Assembly: GCA_002269645.1 (NCBI GenBank)
Contig: NIVC01003574.1
Span: forward strand, 1-39,286
Length of the DNA: 39,286 bases
From: Macrostomum lignano
Taxonomy: Eukaryota
Direction: 5' to 3'
Positions 9,844 through 23,466 of this stretch are shown piece after piece. The position numbers and the translations under genes are program-made. Position 1 is the stretch's first letter. Each line of letters opens with the position of its first letter. The notes under the pieces were generated by a model. That model saw only the letters and a list, made by a program, of their open reading frames with translations, made no database searches and was not told the origin of the DNA.

Positions 9844-11207
9844 TCAGGAGAATTCCACTTCGGTCCTGCTGCAACTGGTACACGTGTACACCACAGTCTG
9901 GCCCTCGTCAGCCGATCTGGTCTGCATAGTTCTGTAGTACATTCTGTCGCAACCGCAGTGCTGGCACTCTCTGCGCACAGTTGGCAAGCTGATACCGTCC
10001 TGATTCTCTGACTCCTGCTGCTGCTGTTGCTGCTTTTGCAGCCTGCGGCGCTGCTGCTTCTGCCGGTGCCGGGAGCTGCCGCCGTCCGCGTCGTCGTCCG
10101 CCTCCATCTCGCCGCCGATCAGTTCGCGACGGACGCTGGCTACGAGCTTGGCGAATCTGCCGGGTAGGGTGGGGAAGAGGGCACTGAGGGGCAGAGCAAG
10201 TGACCAGAAGAGACTCTTAGACGACTCTAAAACGACGAGATGTCAAGTCGGTAAAAATTCAGCAGAGTCGCCTAAGAGTCAATTTGAGGCGTTTCGTTTG
10301 CGACTCGACTCGGAAACAACTTTGTGGCCGTAGAGCCGTATCTGAGGCGCGCTAGAGTCGCTGTAGAATCACTGAGTTGCATCTAAAGCGCATCTGCGTC
10401 ACTCGTGAAAGATGGTAAATTTCAGTTTCTTGGAAAATATTTGAAAGCCGGTTTTACACTAAAAAATACAATGCAAAATCAGTAAATTTCAGTTTCTTGG
10501 AAAATATTTGAAGGCCGGTTTTACACAAAAAATACAATGCAAATTCAGTAAATTTCAGTTTCTTGGAAAATATTTGAAGGCCGCTTTTACACTAAAAAAT
10601 ACAATGCAAATTCAGTAAATTTCAGTTTCTTGGAAAATATTTGAAGGCCGGTTTTACACTAAAAATACAATGCAAAATCAGTAAATTTCGGTACGTCAAT
10701 AGAATATTGAATTTCTCATATAAAGCCAGCCATCAAATATTTTCTAAGAAATGAAGTTTCCCGCTCTAATTTACTTAAGTCGTTCTGTCTGAGCGTGCCT
10801 GCTTAAGCATTGTATGAGTCAGCGGAATGGGCAAGACTGCTTGTCTTCTGATCTTGCCGCAGTGGTCAAAGCCCAATATGCGAACTAACTAGAAAGACCC
10901 AAAGCTGCTTCCCAACCAACTCAATCAACATGGTGCTGGCAAGCATTACTTGAGCAGCCACTCACTTAGGATCTACGGGAGCTCTCTCCTGATCGCAGCC
11001 TTCAGCATCAGAGTCTGGACCATCAGCCTCGTCATCGGCCTGTTGTTCAGCGGCAGAGTTGGACTCGAACAGCAGCTGAAACTGGGCAGGCGGACAATCG
11101 GAGAACCAGGCCAAGCAGGTGACTCTCTTGCAAGCTGAGCAGGCCACCTGCGACTCCCAATAGGCCGGCAGCATAGCGCCGCAGGTATAACAGAACTCCA
11201 GGTGCAT
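9844..11207 (-). CDS. POLR1H: RNA polymerase I subunit RPA12 (ZNRD1/POLR1H). Exon 1 11207 (or 11315)-10966, exon 2 10156-9844
   Basis: N-terminal Zn ribbon FCYTCGAML..CSAC; C-terminal TFIIS-like ribbon CQHC..QTRSADEGQTVVYTCTSC. Donor AA|GTGAGT at 10965 and acceptor CAG|A at 10157 join in frame (phase 2). Confidence 0.88.
10212..10405. repeat. Dispersed GAGTC/GACTC-rich repeat, copy 1 (in the RPA12 intron)
   Basis: Aligns by eye with 12549-12690 (e.g. TATCTGAGGCGCGCTA...GCTGTAGA..TCAC...TTGCATCTA.AGCGCATCTG). Confidence 0.75.
10415..10690. repeat. 66-67 bp tandem repeat, 4 copies plus a partial, intronic
   Basis: GTAAATTTCAGTTTCTTGGAAAATATTTGAA... recurs at 10415, 10482, 10548, 10615 and 10681. 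Confidence 0.95.
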
Positions 11208-11968
11208 TCGGTGCAGCTGCACTGAAGACCGCGGATGCTGCTGTTGATGATGCTTGAGTTCTTGCGCCGCTGCGGGTCGCCGCTGACGGGCGGGCGTTCG
11301 ATTAGCGGACTGCATGAAAGTAAGCGGTGGATGTGAATAAAAAGTACACAGTATACGCTAATAAGCCAAGCCAATATTCTGAGGCACTATCGAAAATCAT
11401 ACCCACACATGTTAGTAATAGTAAATTGAGTCAAGACCACACTAAGAGAGAGAGAGAGGAACCATTTTTTTATTCAGTAAAACAAAAGTCTGCAAGTGTA
11501 ACAGAATTTTATTAAATTACTTTCAACACAGCCAATAATAGCCAGGAATCTACACACAGCGTGAAATTTTTAGCACTGTGCACCAGTTTGCTGCATAGGG
11601 TTCGCCCGCTAGTCATATCGATATTTCTGAGTCCAATATGCATTCTCAATTCTGGTTGGGTGAGAGTCAGCTCAATGTTAGCTGAAGCCAGGCTAGAGAA
11701 CTGAACTCAGACGAGGAGGATAGGAAAATTTTTCCAGCCACAGCCTTCCAACCCGGGAGACATTAAGGAAGCCAGACCTTCCGCAGCGAACCCAACTCCA
11801 GCCAAGCGGCAATACAAAAAACTCGTTCTTCCTAAATCCTGACAAGCCTAAGCGATAATCACTCGTCAATGGCAAAATAAGCAAGTTTTCGTTTCAAAGA
11901 GAAATAACGGATGTTAGCGTTTGAATTTAAATAGCAGATCTTCTGGTCGCGCGTACACCGCCGCTATA

Positions 11969-13823
11969 ATGCTGAACACAAGCGCCAAAAAGTGCACGCT
12001 TCGCGGTCTAACCTACACTCTATGCCTGCTAGCGGCGGCGGTAACTCTGCTGATGTTTGTGACTCAAATCCGAAGCAGCGAGTCCTGGCTACGCCAGCCG
12101 TTAGTTGACGTGCCCGAAGTGGCTGGCGTATTCAACGCCGAGGAATACGAAGCCAAGTTAGCCAATACAACCGAATGGAGCGATTATCAGGAGGCTAATA
12201 AAGCTACGAAACTGCGACCTGCCTTAGCGAAAGGCACTATTCAATGCTGGCGCATTGGTCAAGTCTACCCGGATGAAATACCGCCAATTGTGCACTTTAC
12301 TAGCAAGCGGGGCAACGCTATGAAGAAGCACGTGCAATATTTGAAATCCTGGATCCGGCTGCTTAATAATAGTAAAGACACACGTGCCAGACGATTTCGA
12401 TTCATGCACTGGACTGACCAACAGTTGGACACGTTGATTGGCAAGTATTTAAAATTGCTAATTCCAATGAAAAAGATACCTAGGCCAAGTTGGTCATTTG
12501 TGTCGCCCCAAAAGCTGTTGCAGGCAACACAAGTAAAATAGGAAAGAAGTGACTCGAAACGACTCTAAAAGCGACGAAATGTCACGGTATCAGTCGTTAA
12601 AGAGTCGACTCTGAGACCGTGGAATCATATCTGAGGCGCGCTAAATTTGCTGTAGACTCACCGATTTGCATCTATAGCGCATCTGTGAATCATAATCGCA
12701 TTCAGCGTTTTTAACATCTCTTTTCATACTACTTTAGTTAGTAGAAAGTTTAGCACTAACACATCGACTATTGGACGACTTTTTCGCAACTCTTTTACAC
12801 TTCATGTGATGTGCTCGTGACTCAACAGTTGGATCTTTCTGTCGCATTACAGTTGTTTGAGTCGCTAAAAAGTCACAAGAGTCGGTCCAGAGGTGCTAGA
12901 GTCACTAGTGAGGCGTTTGCAATGACTCTAGCTATTTTTAGCGGGCATTTAAGATGCATTTCACAGTTAAAAAGCCAGACTGACTGCACAGTTCAAAAAG
13001 AAGTGCAAAAGCCACGAATTATGTAGTTGAAGCCATTTCTTTTCTGCATTGTTAAGTTTGCAAACAAATATAAATTTCTGTGCGGCTCTCCATACCAATA
13101 CAAATTTCAGGCACATACTATCCTACACTGTACAGAGTCTACAGACAGCTAACCAATGAACTGGAGCGCTCCGACATTGGCCGGCTAGTTGTGATGCACC
13201 ATGTGGGCGGGGTGTACGCCGACATCGATGTTGAGCTGAGACGCGATCTGAGGCCACTGCTAACCAACTATTCGGCCGTGTGGTCCCAAGAGCCAGTTGA
13301 GCACGCTCTGTTTCTCTACAATAAGCCGCGGCTAATATCAAATGCACTGATTATGAGCCGCCCAGGTCAGGCATTTTTAACCTACGTGCTGCAGCGCTGG
13401 CCAGCCTGGTTTCAATGGAACTGGGCCTATAGGAAGCGGACCTCAATGGAAGCTGTGTTCACAACTGGACCAATGATGCTCAATGATTTCTATGATGAGT
13501 ACATTGCCAAGATGGGCAATAAGCTAGATGAATTATTAGACAATTCGCTGCTATTGGCAGAGCCTGACATGTTCCAGCCAATCTGGGACATCAAGTATTT
13601 GCCCAGAAAGAGTCGTTTTTCCTGTGAGAAGCCTGAAAACAGGTCGTCAATGAAACGGCGCTTATGTAGGCAGTTGGCAAAACGAAATTTCACTACCAAG
13701 TCAATACCAACTGAGGCCTACACTGTACATGTACACTGGTTTATGCACACTAGCTATAAAGAATTAAAAAGCAAAAAAGTAACCATTGGCGAATCATTAC
13801 CAATGTCTTATTGTGTAATTTGA
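11969..13823 (+). CDS. Type II membrane glycosyltransferase, GT32/DXD sugar-binding family (SUR1/CSH1/OCH1-like). Exon 1 11969-12440, exon 2 13111-13823, 394 aa
   Basis: N-terminal TM helix; IPPIVHFT; HWTD..LD..I..YYP; ERSDIGRLVVMHHVGGVYADID (DXD); NALIMSRPG; TTGP. The phase-1 GC-AG intron restores the family spacing. Confidence 0.88.
12549..12690. repeat. Dispersed GAGTC/GACTC-rich repeat, copy 2 (in the glycosyltransferase intron)
   Basis: Homologous to 10212-10405 with an internal deletion; related sequence also at ~12855-12965. Confidence 0.7.
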
Positions 13824-13829
13824 CAGATT

Positions 13830-16800
13830 TTTATAGGGAATGCCTACACAGCCTATAACAGACCATTATTACTTGATCGAAAGCAATGCTGTCTTGATTT
13901 TCATGTTCCTACTCAAAGTACCATTTTAAGTACAATTATTGGCATAGAGTAGTGCAGCTACTTACAGTAGTAAATTAAACATGCTTTAAAATACTTTGTA
14001 CCTGGACTGTTAGCTGTAATTGAATGTTGTGTAATACTAAATACAAGTAACAATAACATCTTAATCAATTTACGTAACTATAAAAATGTAAATATCCAAT
14101 ATCTTACTTCATAACCTATGATAAGATGAAATCTAATATGCTAAAAATGTGTAAAATCCAATTACTTAAACTCAATTATTTTCTAGAAATGTTGAATAGA
14201 AATAATAAACAAAGAAAAGGCAAGTTGACATGGCATAAAAATTTTAAATAATTTCTCACAACTTTCTAGAAAGCTGAAGTAGTTGACAATATCAAGATAT
14301 ATTAAGTCACATTAAAGGTTCTTTGAATTATTAGTTAGAACAACATTTTATTAAAACAAAGATAAAGGCTAAGTATACATTTTTCTTTCATTATTTTTGT
14401 TTTATATAGCTTTAGAAAACTGGTATAAAAAGTTGTTAGCTAAAAAATATGGTTGTTTTTTACAAGGCAAGAAAAAGTATCCACTTTAACCAAAAGTATA
14501 TTTCTATAATAGAAGTTCATTGAGATAATTGATGAAAAAGATTTGAGGTAACAATATTCATATTTAAAACTAATAGTTTTACAAAAAACATTAAATAAAC
14601 TGTATTGACTAGATTTATGATCTGTATTTAAAAATACAATTTTTAGTAAGTCCCACAAGACATTAAAATTTTTCAAGACTTACAAAACAAAGCAAAAACT
14701 TTAGTTACAATGCTAATAACCACTAAAATACAAGTTAAAACCAAAAATATACTATTGATTTATTAGAAATACAACAAATATTTGTAATTTTTTATCATGC
14801 TTAATAATGACCATACCATGGAATTACCTTTAGGCATTCTTTGTTGATAATAAATTCTATCTCAATGTTATATTACTATGAAAGTTTATTAATAACCTTA
14901 ATTTTTAAAATGATTAGCATATGTGCATATCCCTTGATTTATAAGCCATGCAAGTTGTTTTTCCACCAAAATGTAGCTTAGCTTGTATTTATAAAAGAAA
15001 CCTTTTGTACCTTTCCTGCTTTTCTAGCAACCTTTAATCATGACATATCCCAAAAAACCAGGCTAAATATCCAAAGAACTATATAGCTAAAAATGCTAAA
15101 ACCCTTATAGAAAAGGAGCAGTTATAAAGTGCCTACCATTGAAAATAGGAAAAGTTGCTATCTAAGAAAAAATGGTAATCTCTGCCATTTCTGCTACGAG
15201 TATCTCATGACAATTCTTTAGCTGCCTAAGCTTATTGATTTCTGTAGCTATTGTGAAAAATTCCCTAATTGTCCAAATATATAACTTCTAACCATACATG
15301 CACAATAGTTGGCTGAGTCAGCCGATCTGGCTGACTGATTTGGCAGCCAACCAAGGAAGTCGCAAAAATGCCCACTAGGAAAAATACCCAAGAAGTAGTA
15401 CTAAGTAGCTGACGAGGCATTTTGGCTTAATAAGACAGAACTTATAGTTACTCCTGTCGTTTACCCAAAGTTGCATTAATTTTGCTTTAGGGTTTTTTTA
15501 TATGTAAGTCACATTTTTGGCCAAAAACTACATTGCATTTTTGTTAAAACTAAGTTGCATGGCCGACCAAATTTTGGAGGTTAAAATTGTATGCTTCTAA
15601 CAATTTTGCAACTTTGCTTGCCCTTGATTGTTGTTTAACTTCTAGTAAAATAGGCAAAAAATTTTGTAAGCCAATGATAAATTTATATTTAAAAATATCA
15701 ATGGCAATAAGACCTTGAAGATACAAATAAACAACAAAGCAACAAAGCAACAAAGCAAAGCAATATAATTTATAAATCTAATAAGTTACAATTTATAATA
15801 TTATACGAGTAAATATAGGCCTATTCTAATCTTACTTTGCTATGTGCTTAATTAATATTTTTGTTTATAATGATAATCATGTAATATAACAACTTTTTAC
15901 TAATGAACATTAAATGAAATATATATTATAAACTTTATTGCTTCCGTGATATAAGCATCACTTTGATTCACTTTTTTACCAATCTTTTATATGTTTTTTA
16001 ACTTGCTAGTGCTATTGAAACAAGCTTATTTATTTTTTATTATTAATTTATTAGTTTTCAAGTATTAGGCTTAGCCTAGATAAATATTAAATAAACTAGA
16101 TCTACTTTTTTAGTTTTTTTATATATTAGGCCTAATTTCACACTAAATAAGCTAAAATAAGACAAGTATTAAAAGCAATCCTCTACTTTTGCACATTTAA
16201 TAATTTTTGAAAATTTAACAAACTAAATAAAGTTAACAAGTTAGGGTCTAGGGTTATGGAGTTAGAGTTGTCAAGTTTATTATGTTACATTTGGTTATAC
16301 TTGCACTAGGCCTAGACATTATAATAAATGCATCACCTAGAAAAGTATATTGCCAAAGGTATTATATAGGTAGTGCCAATGGTGCCATAGAAACATATCT
16401 AGGTAGGTGTCAAACAGAGCCTTGGATATGCCATAGATTTTTAGGTCAAATATCCACAATTAGAATTAGGCCCTATATTATATAAATCTTTCAGGCTTTC
16501 TAGGGCAGAAAGGAGGAGAATCTGAGGGCTGCAAAGTGGCACAAGAATTGAACCTAACTTTTTGCCCTAGACAACCTGCTAGATTTGTATTCCTTCTTGG
16601 TTTCAAAAGTGGGCTAAGAAATGACATTTTTTAGCCTGCAAGTCCAACTGCATTTGCTTCAGTCTAAGTTCAGTGCAAGTCCTGATTCTTGGCCCACAAG
16701 AAAGTGGAATTTGTTTATGGCACAAAATGCAAACTGTATTTCATTTTAGTTCTGAACCTAAAAAGCAACTGACAAAGTAATAATAAGCCTAACTTTTTAT

Positions 16801-19000
16801 TAAAATTTAATTAATTAACTCCTAACCTAAGCATTCTAAGAACATGATAGACTACTCCTATATAGGAGGCAACATTTCTAGGTTGCAGCATGAAAAAATT
16901 GACAAAGTGGATCTTTCTAGGGAAGAAATGTCAATTGTCGAATGATTTGACAATAGATTCTTTACCATTTGGTCCAATCATTAAATGAGTCACAAGCAAT
17001 GTCCTACTTCAATTGCTTGGTTTTAGCATTGAGCATGGCAACCTAAAAGTATTTGCTGCTGACCACAAACAAAGGGTTTTTAATGGAGTTCTACCAACTG
17101 CAGTGCTAGAGAAAAATGGATCCCATGTTTTATTTTTCCTATAAGTGAGTACCTCTGAATGCCACTTGGGTATTGAACTAGCCTATGTACTGTAAAGATG
17201 GTGTGGGCTGCACTACAAAACTATATTAAATTGTTACTGTTGACTTCTTTGTAATGTTGCACTTTTAATGTTTTAAATATAATCATTCTGGCTTTGTCTA
17301 GGCCTATGACCTAGCCCAATATCAAGCAGAGAATGGGCTGTTTTTTAAGCAGTCTTGCTCATAAAATCAAGCAGGAATAATAGGTATTGCAAGGCATCTA
17401 GCCATGATCAAGAAGAGTTGTTACTTTTAAGATTGACTCAAGTCTCAAGATTGCTTAGGAATACAAATAAGACAAGAAATCTCTTAGAATCCTAGGACCT
17501 TTTCATATTGCTTGTTCTGGTTCCAGAACCAAAACCAATTTGTGAAGTATAACTTTTTGTCTCCATAACTAGAGGGAGATACATGCTATAAAGTTTTTAT
17601 TATTGAATGACAATCACCAAGAAGAAAGTGAAAAATTGTGCTAAGTGAAGTTGTTAAGGCAGTCAAACATTCAATAGAATTAAATAGTTATACTGCTGCT
17701 TTTCTTGGAAGATCTGAACCAATTCTGATTCTGGAATTAGTAATATAAAAAGCCTCCTAGTCTCTACCACCTCAGTCCCTTTTTAAAAAACAAAGAGCAA
17801 TTGGCAATTGCAAGCCTAGGTTAGGGATTGCAAAATCCTAGATTTTTGTGATCTTGGGATCCTGGGATTTAATCCTGGAATTTGGCCAATCCCAGGATTG
17901 AATCCTAGGATCAGAATAATACAGATTTTTATGCTTCTAGGTTGAAATTATAAGGCAAAATATGCGCTAAACACTTTTTGCTTACTTTTTTATTGTTATA
18001 GAGATAATGATCTATTTGTAGATGATAAACAGCATTATCTTGTGACCTATTGAAGTAAGTAGTATAAATGTACTAATTAGTAATAAAGAAGCAAATCATA
18101 CCAAAATTTAAATTGAAATTAATTTTATATTTAAATCTGTGATGCAGGGTTTAAAAAAGTGCCACACAACATAAGGCAGTTAATAGAAATTAGCGCAGTA
18201 TAATAAACTAGTTGTGTGCCTAATTATGTTTATATTACAGCATTTTTTATAAAAATATTAACAAAAACTAGTCTTGGGATTTGGGGTCCCGAATCCTGGG
18301 ACTGGAAATTCTAGGATTTAGGCGTAACTGCCTAATCCCAGGATTTCAGGATCCCGGGATTGCAATCCCTAGCCTAGGCCTAGCATTTAACTATCTCAAA
18401 CTAGTAACCATAGACATAAAATTAATGTACTGCCATGTTTTATACCTACACAAGTTTAAATATTTAGGTATTTAACTTAGCCTCTTAGGTAGCCTATTCA
18501 ACAGTTCAACTTGTGGTAACTAAGAAAATCATTATTTTTCAAAAAATAATTAAACATACAAAACCACAAGATTGATAGATGCAAATTATTTTTCTATATT
18601 TTGGATTTAGGAATTTATTTAAATAAAAGAAAACAAAGATGTCTAAACTTTAGATGTACTAATGTACTAATAATGTACTAATGTACTAAAGTACAAACAC
18701 TTGTTTAAGAACTTCATAATGACTAGGGCCCAATTACTTACTTCTTTGCTAAAAGCTTTATTTATACTCCATTCTAAAATAATTTATCATTGTTTACTCA
18801 ATTATAATCATGCCTCTTTAGTATAGTAGGGCAGGCCTAGTAGATTACTAGATGTACCTATTAATGTATTATTATTTTATTCTATTCTAGGCCTAGGACA
18901 ATCTAGGTCACTTATTCTCTTTTTGTGGCATGCATTTGCATTTAGGCCTTAGTAGGCCTAATAAAAGGCTTTAATCCTGTCAGAATTAACAAAATCAATA
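13830..19000. other. AT-rich, CpG-depleted block; probably decayed transposon-derived DNA
   Basis: I count only ~15 CG dinucleotides in ~5.1 kb. No ORF above 80 aa and no recognisable protein motif. Confidence 0.6.
17824..18369. mobile_element. MITE-like element (546 bp), TIR GGGATTGCAA...TTGCAATCCC, flanked by TA
   Basis: Perfect 10-bp terminal inverted repeats, TA at 17822-17823 and 18370-18371, subterminal GGGAT/ATCCC/CCTAGG sub-repeats at both ends, AT-rich non-coding core. Confidence 0.75.
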
Positions 19001-20973
19001 TAAAATAGAAACGAGAATATTATCACTCTAGGCATTTTGGCCATTCAATTTTTGCTAATTAGACATTCTATGTAGGGTATGCCTCGCCTCGCATGCGCGC
19101 ATAATGCTGAAGAAGTATTATGATTACCTATCAGAAGTGAACTCTTTACTTCAGTCTGACTTCAGTCTTTACTTCATGACTTAATATTGATAAATATAAT
19201 TTTTCAACGCTGCAATAGGAAGATTTAAATATTTTTGCTGTTTTAACAAATCTTATGTTTTTTCTAAGCTTAATAAGTGTTAAAGTATAAAAAACTTTAA
19301 AATGTATGTTTTTTTTTTGCAAGATTTATTTTAAAGATACTTTTTATAGCTCTATTGTTATCATAAATTTGGCGTCTTAATGCTTTTTTAATAAGTAGCT
19401 TTGTGTGCTTTATTTCTTATCTAACAAAAGCAACGTAATTATGTTAGACACTTGTTCTTGTTCTACTTCTGAGCGTTGAAAAGGTGAAATGAAAGGACCT
19501 AGTAGGATGACTTTCGACCTAGTATAATTTAAGAGTCATTTTATTCAAGCCGTAGAGATACAACACTGAAACCTTTGAATTGAAATCTTTGCTGATTTTT
19601 GTCTCTAATGGATATTTTATTTCTGAAGGTTTCCCTACATAAGGTCCCTACTAGTGGTGTTAATTCGGTTAACTAGGTCTCTCTTTGGATCTAAGTACTT
19701 TTAATTTATGATATCCAGTTATTTTTCCTGACTTACCCAATGCTTAAACTAGTTGTTTTTGTGTTAACTCCACTTTTTTACCTAGATATTGTTAAACTAC
19801 CTGGAGCAATCCAAAAAATTGTATAGCTGAATAAAATTAGTAAACTGTTTGATAGGGTAAATTGAACTTAATAGGGTAAATTACCCGGTTAAAGTTTAAT
19901 TGAGTTTGGGTATTGTAGGCTGGGTTTGTACAACAACTACGAGCGTATTAACTATTATTGTTTTACTCCGTTTGATAAAGTTAAATGAGTCAGTTATGAA
20001 GAGCTAGTTTGCAAGGCTTCATCGCTATTTTAGATACATAAAAATGTATATATTTAAACATTTTCACTCGTTTTAAAATTGATCTATGCTTCCAGAACTT
20101 AAACAATCGTGAAATTGCAGGCATAAAAATGTTACACGCAACAACTGAAGTGGGAAAACCTGGCTACACTGGTAAGAAGTGATTCATTTTGAAGACTTCT
20201 CTATATTGTGTCCATGGCTGCGAGAACATACAGGTATGTTTTCATCTAATTGAATAAATTCAGAGCGGGAGAAGCGCCACTTTCCCGAGCAGCACAATAA
20301 TAAATCGGGCCCAGCAGAAAGCCACGCAATAAGGCGGCGCCGGTTCCTTCACCACGGCCATTGCACCGTGGACGACACCGCCTGGAAGCCTCACGCAATG
20401 GCGGTGGAACCCGCCTACACAGAGTGAGTCGGGATTGGGCTGGGAGCAATGCGTCAGTTTGATGTACTTTAATAATTTGTACTTTATTTCGAGCGAAAAA
20501 AACAAATCTTAATTTATTGCTTCCAGTGCAACTTCATCAGACCGTGTCCGCTGAGTAAGCCTAGCCAGTATGACCACTATTTGCTCATTGCTCTCCTGAT
20601 TTACGCGAAATGCTATCACTTTTATGCTTGATTTCTACCGTCTATCTCTGCTCTCTCTTACCTCGTATCTATCGCTAATACTTCCAGGCATGATTGCATT
20701 TTTCGGGAATTAAATTAAACTATTTCAATCTATGGTTACTACACCAATCATGTGCAAATTTATGTGCAATTGATTTTTCACTCCGTTGCACTTTCAATTG
20801 TGGCTTGCAAGCATTCTGCTTAAAATCGAAGAATTTTGGCATTTATAGCTAGTAAAACATTTTGGATCACGGATTTCGCAGCGGTTTGCACTTTGTCACA
20901 TTTTAATGAACAATTTGATTAGTTCGAAAGTATTTAGTAGCTTCTGCCATCACAGATCTTACAACTTGCCGTG

Positions 20974-23261
<2,288 letters not shown>

Positions 23262-23466
23262 AGGCTAGGAAAGATGAAAAATCTCAAACTTACTGGTTCG
23301 CCAGCTGCTGAGACTTTGATAAATTTTGATCCGTGATCGACTGTGCCCTCTCTTTGAATTTATATGCGACTTTTGCTTACAAAATAGAGATTTTCTGCTG
23401 CCATTTCGGCCGATGGGACACGGTTGAATGCACTGAACAGATTGACTTTATTTATTGACGCTCTGC

